DNA of 64,000 nucleotides from Myxococcaceae bacterium (GTDB lineage Bacteria; Myxococcota; Myxococcia; Myxococcales; Myxococcaceae): NCBI GenBank assembly GCA_044223505.1, contig JBGALX010000012.1, positions 154,174 to 218,173 of the forward strand, read 5' to 3'. Shown piece by piece: positions 49,939 to 59,625 of this stretch (position 1 is its first letter; each line of letters starts with the position of its first letter). The notes under the pieces were generated by a model. It saw only the letters and a program-made list of their open reading frames with translations, ran no database searches and was not told where the DNA came from. The position numbers and the translations under genes were made by a program.

Positions 49939-50204
49939 CGCGAGGACCCTCCTCCTCATGACCGTCGGTCGATCGACCGACGCCGGCTCTGCTTCTTCTG
50001 CTTCGTTCTTCCGCTTGTTCTTCACCGGCTGTCCAGCTCGATGCCGAAGAGGTCGGCGAGGTCTTCGCGCTTCAGCTCGTCGGCGTCGGTGGGCCCGCCG
50101 GCCTCGCTGACGAGGCCCGAGCGCGTGACGGACAGTGCGAGGCGCGGCACGGCGCACCTTGATGGCGCCGCGCCTTCAGCACAGGCGGAAGGCGACGACG
50201 GTTC

Positions 50205-50504
50205 TCAGTAACTGTACTGGTCCAGTGACGGCATGGGCCCCGGGTTCATCATGAGGCTCTGCATGAGCTCGATCTGCGCGAGGTACTCTTTGATGCGCTC
50301 GCGAAGAGCAGCGACCTCGGTCTGCGCCAGGCTGCCCTCGTCGAGCTTCGCGTTCATCGTCTCGAGGATCGACGGCTTCACCTCGCTGCTCGCCTTGGCG
50401 GTGAGGCGATCGGCGAAGGAGGACGGCGTGGTGCTGGTCGACAGCCGCTGAGTGGCGGGCGCGGCGTCGATGCTCGACCGCGGCGAAATCAGAGAAAGGC
50501 GCAT
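50205..50504 (-). CDS. Small coiled-coil hypothetical protein of ~99 aa.
   Basis: RBS GGAGA. High GC3. Confidence 0.4.
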   Translation of the reverse strand: MRLSLISPRSSIDAAPATQRLSTSTTPSSFADRLTAKASSEVKPSILETMNAKLDEGSLAQTEVAALRERIKEYLAQIELMQSLMMNPGPMPSLDQYSY

Positions 50505-50705
50505 GGTGGTGTCTCCGGTGTCCCGTGAAGGGGTTGTTCCGGAGCACAGACCGCGACGCGACGAGCAGGCTCGAGCTCTCGACGTGCACACGCAACTTTC
50601 GCTGGGGAGCGACCGATGCACGGCAGCACGCTGAACACCTCGAAGCCCATGCCCGATTCTCGTGGGGTGAGAGACGAGAGTTGTGTGTGTGAGAGGCCGG
50701 CCGTT

Positions 50706-52703
50706 CTACAGCCCGCGCTGCCAGAACTCGGCGACGTCCTCGAGGCGGTACAGCTTCTTCGCCGGCGGCAGCGCCTCGAGAAACGTGCGCCCGTAGCGGC
50801 GCCGCGTCAGCCGCGAGTCGAGCAGCGCCACCACGCCGAAGTCGCGCTTCGTACGAATCAGGCGCCCGAACCCCTGCCGCAGCGCGAGCGCCGCCGACGG
50901 CACCTGGTGATCATCGAACGGGTTCCCGCCGCGCCCGCGCAGCGCCTCGATGCGGGCCGCCATCAGCGGCTCGTCGGGCGGCGCGAACGGCAGCTTGTCG
51001 ATGATGACGAGCGACAGCGCCTCGCCGGGCACGTCGACGCCCTCCCAGAACGACTGCGACGCGAACAGCACGCTCGGCTCCGACGTGAACGCCTCGAGCA
51101 GCGCGCGCTTCGGCCGCTCTCCCTGCAGCAGCGCCGGCACCTCGAGCAGCGGAGCCACCCGCCCGTGCACCTCGGCCATGTGCTTGAGCGACGTGAACAG
51201 CACGAACGCCCGGCCCCTCGTCAGCCGCGACAGCGCCACCACCTCGTCGCAGACCGCGTCCGTCCACCCGGGCGCGTTCGGCTCGGGCACGTGCCGCGGC
51301 AGGTACAAGCCGCACTGCCGCGGGTAGTCGAACGGCGAATCGACCTTCACCGCCGCGGCCTCGGGCTGCAGGCCGAGGCGCTCCTTCACGAAACCGAACG
51401 CGCCGGGCCCCGAGCCGGTCGCGAGCGTGGCCGAGGTGAACACGACGGTGTCGCACGAGCGGTAGAGCCACTTCGCGAGCGACTGGCCGATCTCGATCGG
51501 CGCCGCGCGCAGCCACGTCGTGCGGCCGCGCAGCGAGGCCCAGTGCACGTGCGAGCCGTCTGGAATCTCGAGCACGAACCCCAGCGCCTCGGCCGACTCT
51601 TCCGCCCGGCGCTTCAGCCCCTCGTAGATGCTCTTCGTCACGTCGCCGGCGCCCTCGGCGGCCTTCGCGCACAGCGAGCCCAGCGCGGCGAGCGTCTCGA
51701 GCACGTGCCCGCTCGCGCTCTGCAGCGGACCGAGCTGCTCCGAGCGCAGGCGCACATCGCCGCGCGACTCGGCGAGCGAGAGGTGCCGCTGCACGAACGA
51801 GAAATACGTGTCGGCGCGCTCGCGCAGCGACAGGCCGAGCGTCGCGAGCATGCCCGAGTGCTCCTGGCGGAACTGGCCGGCGCGCACGGCGTCTTGCGCG
51901 AGCTGAATGATGCGCGCGCTCGAGACCGAGAAGCCGAAGTGGTCGGTCGCGACGTCTTCGAGCGAGTGGGCCTCGTCGAACACGACGGCGTCGTACTCGG
52001 GCAGCACCGAGAGCGAGAGGTCGACCTCGGCCTGCCCGCGGGCGCGGCGGCGCTCGGCGACCATCGCGGCGCGCGCCTTCAGCACGAGGTCGGCGAAGAA
52101 CAGCGCGTGGTTCACGACGACGAGGCGCGACTCCTGCGCGGTGCGGCGGGCCTTCGTCACCCAGCAGCGCTCGAACTCGGGGCAGCGGCTGCCGGCGCAG
52201 CTCTCGGACGGCGTCGAGAGCTTCAGCCACGGCGCCCACGCGTCGGGCAGCTGCGTCTCGCCGCGGTCGCCGGTCTCGGTCGTCTGCGTCCACGCGCGGA
52301 AGGCGGGCCAGTGCACGGCGTCGTCGGGCGCCTCGAACAGCGGCTGGGCGTCGAACGACGCGAAGCGCGAGAGGCACACGTAGTTCGCGCGCCCCTTGAG
52401 CAGCGCCTTCGTGACGTTCAGGTCGGCGGCCTGGAGCAGCGGCAGGTCTTTGAAGAACACCTGCTCCTGCAGGGCGCGCGTGGCGGTCGAGATGACGACG
52501 CGGCGACCCGAGAGCGCCGCGGGCACGAGGTACGCGAGCGTCTTGCCGGTGCCGGTGCCGGCCTCGGCGAGCAGCGAGTGGCGCTCGTCGAACGCGCGCT
52601 GAACGGCGCGGGCGAGCTCGAGCTGCTGCGGGCGGGCCTCCCAGCCGTCGACCGCGCGGCTGAGCACTCCGTCGGGGCCGAGGATTCGCTCGAGTGCCTT
52701 CAC
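50706..52703 (-). CDS. dinG: ATP-dependent DNA helicase of the DinG/XPD (Rad3) family, with iron-sulfur cluster cysteines.
   Basis: AEAGTGTGKTLAYLVPA (Walker A), VVFDEAHSLED (DEAH). Cys cluster C...CAGSRCPEFERC. GTG overlaps the upstream gene's TGA (GTGA). Confidence 0.85.
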   Translation of the reverse strand: MKALERILGPDGVLSRAVDGWEARPQQLELARAVQRAFDERHSLLAEAGTGTGKTLAYLVPAALSGRRVVISTATRALQEQVFFKDLPLLQAADLNVTKALLKGRANYVCLSRFASFDAQPLFEAPDDAVHWPAFRAWTQTTETGDRGETQLPDAWAPWLKLSTPSESCAGSRCPEFERCWVTKARRTAQESRLVVVNHALFFADLVLKARAAMVAERRRARGQAEVDLSLSVLPEYDAVVFDEAHSLEDVATDHFGFSVSSARIIQLAQDAVRAGQFRQEHSGMLATLGLSLRERADTYFSFVQRHLSLAESRGDVRLRSEQLGPLQSASGHVLETLAALGSLCAKAAEGAGDVTKSIYEGLKRRAEESAEALGFVLEIPDGSHVHWASLRGRTTWLRAAPIEIGQSLAKWLYRSCDTVVFTSATLATGSGPGAFGFVKERLGLQPEAAAVKVDSPFDYPRQCGLYLPRHVPEPNAPGWTDAVCDEVVALSRLTRGRAFVLFTSLKHMAEVHGRVAPLLEVPALLQGERPKRALLEAFTSEPSVLFASQSFWEGVDVPGEALSLVIIDKLPFAPPDEPLMAARIEALRGRGGNPFDDHQVPSAALALRQGFGRLIRTKRDFGVVALLDSRLTRRRYGRTFLEALPPAKKLYRLEDVAEFWQRGL

Positions 52704-53389
52704 GACGACTGCAGCATCTGCCCCACGAGCAGGTAGATGGCCACCAGGCAGGCCACGATGACCGCCGAGAGCGCGATGTACTTCCACCTCGGCACCTCGG
52801 TCTCGCCGCCCTTCGCCCGCTGCTGCAGCTGCAGCGACGGCAGCACGGCGAGGCGCAGCACCTCGTCGCGCCCGCGCACGGCGACCGGGTCTTGCGGCTG
52901 GTCGGCGAGCCGCAGGCGGTAGAGCCGGCCGGTCTCGGCGAGCTCGCCCTTCGCCATCGCGGCGGTGCGCAGCTCTTCATGCCGGGTCTCGTTCCCCCAC
53001 TCCTGCAAGAGCAGCAGCCACTCGTTCTTCAGCCACTCGCTCGGAGCGAACGTGTGGGGCTCGCTCGACGCGAAGACGAGGCCGCAGGTCGGGCAGGCGG
53101 GAGCGTCAGGCGTGCGCCGGCTGATGCACTTGGGGCAGTGGCCGTCGGGCACCTCGAAGGCCTTGTCTGCCGAGACGATCGGCGCCGGCGTGATCGGCTC
53201 GGCGGGCGCGAGGGCCGGGCGAATCGGCGTGACGGTCGCGGGAGCTGTGGCGGTTCTGGTGTTACCGCTGGTGCCGATCGCTCGGCTCTCACCGCCGCAC
53301 TCGGAGCACGAGAGGATCAGCACCGCGCCCTCGACGCGGAAGCGCTCGACCTCCAACAGCCGATTGCAGCTCGAACAGAGGAACTTCAC
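52700..53389 (-). CDS. Triple zinc-ribbon protein with a C-terminal TM helix, translationally coupled to dinG.
   Basis: CSSCNRL...CSECGG; CPKCISRR...CPTCG; TM segment IALSAVIVACLVAIYLLV. Confidence 0.6.
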   Translation of the reverse strand: MKFLCSSCNRLLEVERFRVEGAVLILSCSECGGESRAIGTSGNTRTATAPATVTPIRPALAPAEPITPAPIVSADKAFEVPDGHCPKCISRRTPDAPACPTCGLVFASSEPHTFAPSEWLKNEWLLLLQEWGNETRHEELRTAAMAKGELAETGRLYRLRLADQPQDPVAVRGRDEVLRLAVLPSLQLQQRAKGGETEVPRWKYIALSAVIVACLVAIYLLVGQMLQSS

Positions 53390-53492
53390 GTGTGGCCGGA
53401 GTCTACAGGCTCACTGTGCGGCTGTGGCGTTCTTGCTCGCGCGCCGAAGGGGGCACACCCGATGCACCACACGACGGAGAAAGGACTCTCCC

Positions 53493-54113
53493 ATGAAGAC
53501 GAACCTCCTCGCGCTCGCTGCCCTGCCGGCGCTGCTGCTCGCTGCTGACCCGCCGCCGGTGCCGTCGCCCGACCTCGACGACGCCAAGACCGAAGCCCCG
53601 ATGGCGAAGGACAAGCGCGACCTCTCCGCGAACGCGGCGGAGCCGACGGCTCAAGACATCGAGACCCTCGCGAAGCTCCATCACGACAACGACATGGAGA
53701 TTCAGATGGGCAAGCTCGCGAAGAAGAACGGCGCCTCGAAGCAGGTGAAGGCGTTCGGCGACGTGCTCGTGAGAGACCACACGCTCGCCGACAAGCAGCT
53801 CAAGAGCTTCGCGAAGCACAAGAGCATCGACCTGACGCTGCCGGCTCCGAAAGACCAGCTCGAGGCCGCCGAGATGCAGGCCGCGATGGACGGCATGAAG
53901 CGCCTCGAGGCGCTGAAGGGGGAAGAGTTCGATCGCGAGTTCGGCAAGATGATGGTCGAGGACCACCAGAAGGCGGTCACGATGGTCGAGACGACGCTCG
54001 GCCAGACGCAGAGCTCGAAGGTGCAGTCGCTGCTCAACAAGGTGCTGCCGGTGCTGCGCGAGCACCTGCGGCTCGCCGAGCGCATCGACGAGCAGAACCC
54101 CAGCAGCACTTGA
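53493..54113 (+). CDS. Periplasmic DUF4142-family protein.
   Basis: Signal peptide MKTNLLALAALPALLLAA. DIETLAKLHHDNDMEIQMGKLAKKNGASKQVKAFGDVLVRDHT. Confidence 0.7.
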   Translation: MKTNLLALAALPALLLAADPPPVPSPDLDDAKTEAPMAKDKRDLSANAAEPTAQDIETLAKLHHDNDMEIQMGKLAKKNGASKQVKAFGDVLVRDHTLADKQLKSFAKHKSIDLTLPAPKDQLEAAEMQAAMDGMKRLEALKGEEFDREFGKMMVEDHQKAVTMVETTLGQTQSSKVQSLLNKVLPVLREHLRLAERIDEQNPSST

Positions 54114-54121
54114 GACGCGCA

Positions 54122-54676
54122 ATGGCCGAGGTCACCCTCAAAGACAAGTTCGGCACCGAAGAAGAGCCGGCCGTGCTGGAGATCGTGAAGGCCGGCAGCG
54201 CTGCCGGGCTCACGGGCGGCGTGCTCATGGCGGCGTTCGCGATGGTGGCCACGACGCTGCTGGGCCAGGGCCCGTTCGCCGTGCCGCAGCTGATCGGCGC
54301 CGCGTTCCGCGGGCCGGAGGCGCTGCTGAAGGGGCCGGGCGTCATCGTGTGGGGCGTCGTGCTGCACCTCGTCGTGTCGGCGGCGTTCGGCACGCTGTTC
54401 GCCACGCTCGTGCGGCGCGACACGCCGCGCGGCATCGCGATGCTCGCCGGAGCGGCCTTCGCGCTGGGCATCTTCATCTTGATGATGTTCGTCATCGTGC
54501 CCGTGGTCGACCCGGTGATGGCGAACCGGGTGTCGATGATGATCGGCTCGATGCTCGTGATGCACGTGCTGTACGGCGTGGGGCTCGGCCTGTCGCCGTT
54601 CTTTCGCCGCGTGTTCGCGAAGCGGCCGCGGCCCGTGCCGCGAACCCCGACGCGCATCACCATCACGACGCGGTAG
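54122..54676 (+). CDS. Membrane protein with four TM helices and no recognised family.
   Basis: ATG at 54122; a TTG at 54110 is also possible. Confidence 0.55.
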   Translation: MAEVTLKDKFGTEEEPAVLEIVKAGSAAGLTGGVLMAAFAMVATTLLGQGPFAVPQLIGAAFRGPEALLKGPGVIVWGVVLHLVVSAAFGTLFATLVRRDTPRGIAMLAGAAFALGIFILMMFVIVPVVDPVMANRVSMMIGSMLVMHVLYGVGLGLSPFFRRVFAKRPRPVPRTPTRITITTR

Positions 54677-54719
54677 GACGACGGCTCAAAAGCTCGTGCG
54701 CTCGCGCCGCTCACGGCGC

Positions 54720-54743
54720 ACCGCGCGGTTGGTTCAGCGCGGT
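54720..54743 (+). terminator. Stem-loop downstream of the membrane-protein gene.
   Basis: ACCGCGC-ggttggttca-GCGCGGT. Confidence 0.5.
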
Positions 54744-55005
54744 CGTCGGACAGCTGTACAGGCTTGGGCGGAGGACCCCCCGAAACGTGAACGACAGTTG
54801 TCCACGAAATGAAGTGTCGGCCATCGAGCGCTGTACACCCGTCCAAACGTGAGGGCTCGTGACCTCGCGGTGACGCACTGCGCTCGACAGGCTCGAGTTG
54901 GCACGGCGGGCGAGAAGAACCGCCGTCTTCCCGTCGGCCGTCGTTCGGCGCACCGAGCTCGGTGGTCGTCGCTGCAGGTTCTCTGGCTGCAGTCGAAGGG
55001 TCGAG

Positions 55006-56340
55006 TCAGGTCGAGGTGCCTGCGGAAGCTCCGACGGGCAGCTTCACGGTCATCGTAGTGCCGTGGCCGAGCTCGCTCGTGAGGTCGATGGTGCCGCCGA
55101 GCTGCTGCACGATCTCCCAGCAGATGCTGAGGCCGAGGCCGGTTCCCTTGCCCACGGGCTTCGTAGTGAAGAACGGCTCGAACACGCGCGCGCGGTTCTC
55201 GGGGGCGATGCCCGAGCCGGTGTCAGCGACCTCGATGGTCGTGCCGCCCGCCGTCTGGGCCGTGCGAACGGTGAGGTTGCCGCCCTTCTCCATCGCATCG
55301 AGCGCGTTGTTCGCGAGGTTCAGCACGACCTGCTCGACCTGCGCGCGGGTGCCCACGACGGGCAGGGCCTCGCTCGCGAGCTGCGCCGTGAGCCGCACGC
55401 CCTGCATCTTCGCCCGCGTCTCGACGAGGGCCGTCACCGAGCGCACCGCTTCGTTGGCGTCGAAGCGCTCGATGTCGCGCTTGCCCGCACGTGAGAACGT
55501 GAGCAGCTGGCGCACGAGATCGCGGCAGCGCAGCGACTCCCGCACGATGGAGGCGACCGGCTTCTGCAGCTCGGCGCGGTCGGAGAGGCGCCGCTCGAGC
55601 CCCTGGGCGAACCCCAAGATGACGCCGAGCGGGTTGTTGAGCTCGTGAGCGACGCCCGCCGCGAGCTGCCCGACCGCCGCCATCTTGTCGATCTGCGCGA
55701 GCCGGTCGCGCGCGTTCTGCAGCTCGCGCAGGTTCTGCATGAGGCGCGCGTCGGCGGCCTCCTTCGCGAACCGGTCGAGGCGCTGCACGTACCACACGGC
55801 GGGAATCGCGATGATGGCGTCGAAGAGCATCATCGGCCGGGGGTCGCCGGGCACGAGGTCGAAGTGAATGACGTGACCGCTCATGTGGGCGGTGAAGACG
55901 ACCAGGTAGCTGGTGGCCAGGAGCAGCGCGAGCCAGGTGCCGCCCCTGCGGCCCACGAGGTGGCCCGTGAGCACGAGCAGCCCGATGCTGCTCGGGCTGA
56001 GCATGACGCTGAGCCCGTCGTGAAAGAGACCGGCGAACAGCATGGTGAGCGCGATGGTGGCCGAGAGAATCGCGGCGCCTATGACTCTCCGTCGCCGCCG
56101 GGTGGCGACCAGCGCCGCGACCGAGCCGGTGAACACGACGCCGCTGAGCGCGAGCGCAGGGGCAGAGAGCTCCTGCAGGAGGGAGACGATGAGCGACGCG
56201 ATCCCCGAGACGACCGCGAACCCCGCGATGCCCGCGACCATGCGCAGCTTCCGGGTCTCTTCAGGGTCCGCGTGGTGTGCCGGGATGCCCAGCAGACGGT
56301 CGAGGTGATCGAGCAGAGACACTTCGCGCGGTTCGAGCAC
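55006..56340 (-). CDS. Membrane-bound sensor histidine kinase with about six N-terminal TM helices.
   Basis: H-box LAAGVAHELNNPL. N box VVLNLANNALDAM. G boxes ADTGSGI and GKGTGLGLSI. Confidence 0.85.
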   Translation of the reverse strand: MLEPREVSLLDHLDRLLGIPAHHADPEETRKLRMVAGIAGFAVVSGIASLIVSLLQELSAPALALSGVVFTGSVAALVATRRRRRVIGAAILSATIALTMLFAGLFHDGLSVMLSPSSIGLLVLTGHLVGRRGGTWLALLLATSYLVVFTAHMSGHVIHFDLVPGDPRPMMLFDAIIAIPAVWYVQRLDRFAKEAADARLMQNLRELQNARDRLAQIDKMAAVGQLAAGVAHELNNPLGVILGFAQGLERRLSDRAELQKPVASIVRESLRCRDLVRQLLTFSRAGKRDIERFDANEAVRSVTALVETRAKMQGVRLTAQLASEALPVVGTRAQVEQVVLNLANNALDAMEKGGNLTVRTAQTAGGTTIEVADTGSGIAPENRARVFEPFFTTKPVGKGTGLGLSICWEIVQQLGGTIDLTSELGHGTTMTVKLPVGASAGTST

Positions 56341-56414
56341 GGGGCATGCCGGTGCCGATCTGCCCGCATCGACTCGCCCCGAGGTGGGTCAGTTCCGACC
56401 TCGGGTCGTCCGGG

Positions 56415-57563
56415 TCACGGTTGAACGGTGAAGTCCTTCACGACACCCATGTGCTGCATGCTCGGAGCCGCGCTGTCGCCCGCGAGCACCGGCACGACGT
56501 CGGTGAGCGGCATGAAGACGCGGCTGTCGAACACGAGCCCGGCGTCGAGCTGTGAGACTTGCAGGCACTGCGACACCAGCACGTGGTCGTACGGCTTGTT
56601 GCGGTTCGCGTTCGTGTTCGGGTTGCCGCTCTGGTCCGCGGGCGGCGTGGGGCCGTCGCTCACGCGCGCGCCCAGCGTCGAGAGCGCGGGCTCGCTCGCG
56701 GTGTCGGTGTTGAAGTCGCCGCCGATGAGCAGGAAGTCGTGGCGCGGCACGTTCGCGTCGAGCCGCGCGAGCAGCGCGGTGGCCTCGGTGTTCCGCTCGC
56801 TCGAGCTCGCCGTGAGCAGGTGCACCGAGACGACGAAGACGTCGCGCGGCCCGGGCAGGTCGACCTGCGCCCACGCGAAGCCGCGGTTGCCGACCTGCGG
56901 GTCGGGCCACTCGCCCGCGTCGAGAATGGGGTAGCGGCTGAGGACTCCGTTTGGAATCTGCCCGGCGCCGCGCGCGTAGCGATAGCCGCCGTCGAGCACC
57001 GCCATGAACGTCTCCATCGCGGCCGGCGTGTTCGTGCCGTAGTTCATCTCTTGCAGCATCACGATGTCGGGGTGCAGGCCCTGGATGATGCGAATGCCGT
57101 GGCCCGGGTCGTACGACTGCCCGTTGCCGCTCGTGAGGTTCGCCGCCATCACGCGCAGCTCGAACGGAGCGCCTGCGCCCCCGGCGAGGCGACAGCCGGC
57201 GTCGTCGAGCGGGACGCTCGCGTCGACGGGCTCTCCAGCGTCGAAGCCTGCGTCGAAGCCTGCGTCGGGCTCGCCCGCGTCGAAGCCCGCGTCGAGCGCT
57301 CCGGCGTCGGTGCCCGCGTCGAACGTGCCCGCGTCGAAGCCCGCATCGGTGCCGGCGTCGAAGGTCCCGCCGTCGGTGCCAGCGTCGGGCGTACCCGCGT
57401 CGGAGCCGGCGTCGAGCGCTCCCGCGTCGAAGCCGGCGTCGGACGTTCCCGCATCGATGCCCGCGTCGGCGCTGCCGGCGTCGTGAGGCCCGGCGTCGAC
57501 CTGCGCCGGAGGCGGGCCGCACGCGCAGAACACCGAGACGACGAAGAGGAGCCGGAGGCGCAC
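56415..57563 (-). CDS. EEP-family lipoprotein with a DAG-repeat linker. Paralogue of 47357..48247.
   Basis: GTG start. Lipobox VFCACG. (D/F)DAG(T/A) repeated about 20 times. EEP core VMAANLTSGNG...IVMLQEM...DHVLVS. Confidence 0.7.
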   Translation of the reverse strand: MRLRLLFVVSVFCACGPPPAQVDAGPHDAGSADAGIDAGTSDAGFDAGALDAGSDAGTPDAGTDGGTFDAGTDAGFDAGTFDAGTDAGALDAGFDAGEPDAGFDAGFDAGEPVDASVPLDDAGCRLAGGAGAPFELRVMAANLTSGNGQSYDPGHGIRIIQGLHPDIVMLQEMNYGTNTPAAMETFMAVLDGGYRYARGAGQIPNGVLSRYPILDAGEWPDPQVGNRGFAWAQVDLPGPRDVFVVSVHLLTASSSERNTEATALLARLDANVPRHDFLLIGGDFNTDTASEPALSTLGARVSDGPTPPADQSGNPNTNANRNKPYDHVLVSQCLQVSQLDAGLVFDSRVFMPLTDVVPVLAGDSAAPSMQHMGVVKDFTVQP

Positions 57564-57595
57564 TGCCGGCGACAGTCTAGACCGCCGTCACGGGA
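57490..57595. repeat. Left copy (S1) of diverged ~110-bp direct repeats. It holds the functional 5' end of the EEP lipoprotein gene and a decayed copy of the last codons of the M50 protease gene.
   Basis: It aligns with 59535..59643. Blocks GGAGCCGGAGGCGC (14/14) and TCTAGACCGCCGTCA vs TTAGACCGCGGCCA, plus the flanking coding similarity. Confidence 0.7.
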
Positions 57596-57720
57596 CATTC
57601 GTCACGAAGGCCCTCTGGAAGTCGCCGGCCGCGGCCTGCGGGCTGCTGCCGACAACCCGAGGCGGCTCGCGCGCCTCGAGTGAAGCCCACCGTGGCGCGT
57701 GGGTTGCTGAGCTCTGGAGC

Positions 57721-58542
57721 ATGCCTCCTCCGATCGGCCAGCGTCCGCCTCCCGTCGTGGCACGTGCTCCACTCCCGAAGGCGCCGCCGCCTCGGCAGCC
57801 TCCGCCGTCGGCGGCTCCGGTCGACACGTTCGAGCCGGCGTCGAGCAGGTCCGACGCGACGGCGCGCGACCGCAGGTGGATTCTCGAGAGGCCCGAGCTT
57901 CGCCGGCTCTCCGAGCCGCAGCGCGAGCGTGTCCGCGAGCTGCTGAGAGACGACACGCTGGTAGGCCCGATGCTCGACGCGCTGCAAGAGAGGGGCGTCA
58001 ACCACGACCAGGTGTTCGAGCTCGCGTCGGACGCGAACTTCGTCAAGGCGGCGCCGTCGTCCCAGAGAGAGGCGTTCCGGCAGCTCGGTGAGTACGCGCA
58101 GAGCGGCGGCGAGATGGCGGGGCTGGGCCTCATCGCGGTCGCTACCGCCGACGGGTTTCCGAAGCTCAGCGAGGCCGACCAGTCGAAGCTGCTCGTGCTC
58201 CAGGGCGAAGACCCGCTGGGGGCGGCGCCGCTGCGCGGGCTGGCCGACGGCCTGTCGAAGCTCACGCTCGACCCGGCGGTGCGCGAAGACACCATGCGCG
58301 CGCTGATCAGCCTCACCAAACGCCCCGAGGCGCTCTTCGCCCTGTCCACCATCGCGCAGAGGAAGTCGTACGAGAGCATCGGGCCCGAGCTGCAGCGGCT
58401 CACGCTCGACGCCGTCGCTCAGCACGGCGGCGAGCCCGAGAAGATGAAAGCGCTGCGCGAGCTGTTCGTCGGCCCCGACCTCGCCGCCGCGTCGCCCGCC
58501 GAGCAGCGGAAGATGATCGTGCGCGCCGTGGGAGGAAAGTGA
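57721..58542 (+). CDS. Pro-rich N-terminus hypothetical protein, paralogue A of a tandem pair.
   Basis: MPPPIGQRPPPVV...; about 30 % identity to the adjacent paralogue B across the C-terminal 200 aa. No signal peptide. Confidence 0.55.
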   Translation: MPPPIGQRPPPVVARAPLPKAPPPRQPPPSAAPVDTFEPASSRSDATARDRRWILERPELRRLSEPQRERVRELLRDDTLVGPMLDALQERGVNHDQVFELASDANFVKAAPSSQREAFRQLGEYAQSGGEMAGLGLIAVATADGFPKLSEADQSKLLVLQGEDPLGAAPLRGLADGLSKLTLDPAVREDTMRALISLTKRPEALFALSTIAQRKSYESIGPELQRLTLDAVAQHGGEPEKMKALRELFVGPDLAAASPAEQRKMIVRAVGGK

Positions 58543-58546
58543 CGCC

Positions 58547-59512
58547 ATGCCCGGTCCGATCGGAGCACGCCCCCCGGTGGTGCCTGCGCAGCAGCCGAGA
58601 CCTGCGGCGGCTCCGCCGAAGCCGGTGCCTGCGGCGCCGCGCGACACGTTCGAATACCCGAAGGGCTCGCCCGAGCTCGTGCTGGCGCAGCAGAGCGTCA
58701 ACGCGTGGCTCAAGGACCTCGATCCGCGCAACCCGCCGGTGTCGATGGAGCAGCTCCCGCAGGCGCTGAAGAAGTTCCAGGAAGCGAACGGCCTCTCGCC
58801 GGCGACGGGGAAGCTCGATCTGAAGACGCGCGAGCGGATGTGGGTTCTCGATCGCCAGGAGTACCGCGACCTCGCGCCCGCCGACCGCGCGCGCGTGCGC
58901 GAGCACCTCACCGCCGGCAAGAACGGCGACCACGTGCTCCGCGCGCTGCAGGAGCAGGGCGTGAACCGGGCCGACGTGCTCCGCCTCGCGGCCAACGAGA
59001 ACTTCGCGAAGGCGCACCCCGACGCCATTCGAGAGGCGTACTCGCAGCTCGCTGAGTACGCGCGCGACCGCGTCGGCGTCGCCGCCGTCGAGAACCTCAG
59101 AGGCCTCGCGACGAGCGAGGGCTTCTCGAAGCTCAACGAGGGAGATCAGCTGAAGCTCTTGTCCCTGCAAGGCGCGCTGCCCGACGCGACGACCCCGCTC
59201 GCGCCCGCCGCCGATCGCTTCGCGGAGCAGACGAAGATGAGCTTCGCGATGCGGGAAGAGACGATGCACGAGCTGTTGAAGTACGCGAAGAACCCGACCG
59301 CGCGGTTCGACCTGTCGATCATCGCGAGCTCGCGCACCTACGACGCGATGCCGCCCGACCTGCAGCGGTTCACGCTCGACGCGCTCGGGCGCCACGCCTC
59401 GGAGCCCGAGAAGACGCGGGCGCTGCTGATGACCTTCATCGGGTCGGCGATCGATCAGGTCGGGCCCGCCGAGCAGCGAAGGATGATCAGCCAGGCCGTC
59501 GGAGAGCGCTGA
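58547..59512 (+). CDS. Paralogue B of the pair, with an inserted peptidoglycan-binding (PG_binding_1-like) segment.
   Basis: MPGPIGARPPVVP...; QSVNAWLKDL...LKKFQEANGLSPATGKLDLKTRERMW. Confidence 0.6.
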   Translation: MPGPIGARPPVVPAQQPRPAAAPPKPVPAAPRDTFEYPKGSPELVLAQQSVNAWLKDLDPRNPPVSMEQLPQALKKFQEANGLSPATGKLDLKTRERMWVLDRQEYRDLAPADRARVREHLTAGKNGDHVLRALQEQGVNRADVLRLAANENFAKAHPDAIREAYSQLAEYARDRVGVAAVENLRGLATSEGFSKLNEGDQLKLLSLQGALPDATTPLAPAADRFAEQTKMSFAMREETMHELLKYAKNPTARFDLSIIASSRTYDAMPPDLQRFTLDALGRHASEPEKTRALLMTFIGSAIDQVGPAEQRRMISQAVGER

Positions 59513-59534
59513 CGGTTCAGACCGCCGCCGGCCC

Positions 59535-59625
59535 GTCGCGATCGACCTCGCCCTCGTCGGCGGCGCTCACGCGCGAGAACATCGACACGAGGAAAAGGAG
59601 CCGGAGGCGCGCGGCCCGCGAGACC
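59535..59625 (-). pseudogene. Decayed duplicate of the 5' end of the EEP lipoprotein gene. It is the right copy (S2) of the direct repeats, with the start codon GTG changed to GCG.
   Basis: The minus frame reads (A)RLRLLFLVSMFSRVSAADEGEVDRDGPAAV*, compared with MRLRLLFVVSVFCACGPPPAQVDAGPHDAG in the intact gene. Confidence 0.6.

Noticed and set aside
50616-52736. 706-aa plus-strand ORF and the 689-aa minus off-frame ORF 50911..52980.
   Set aside because: Both are off-frame or antisense to dinG, which carries the Walker A, DEAH and Fe-S motifs.
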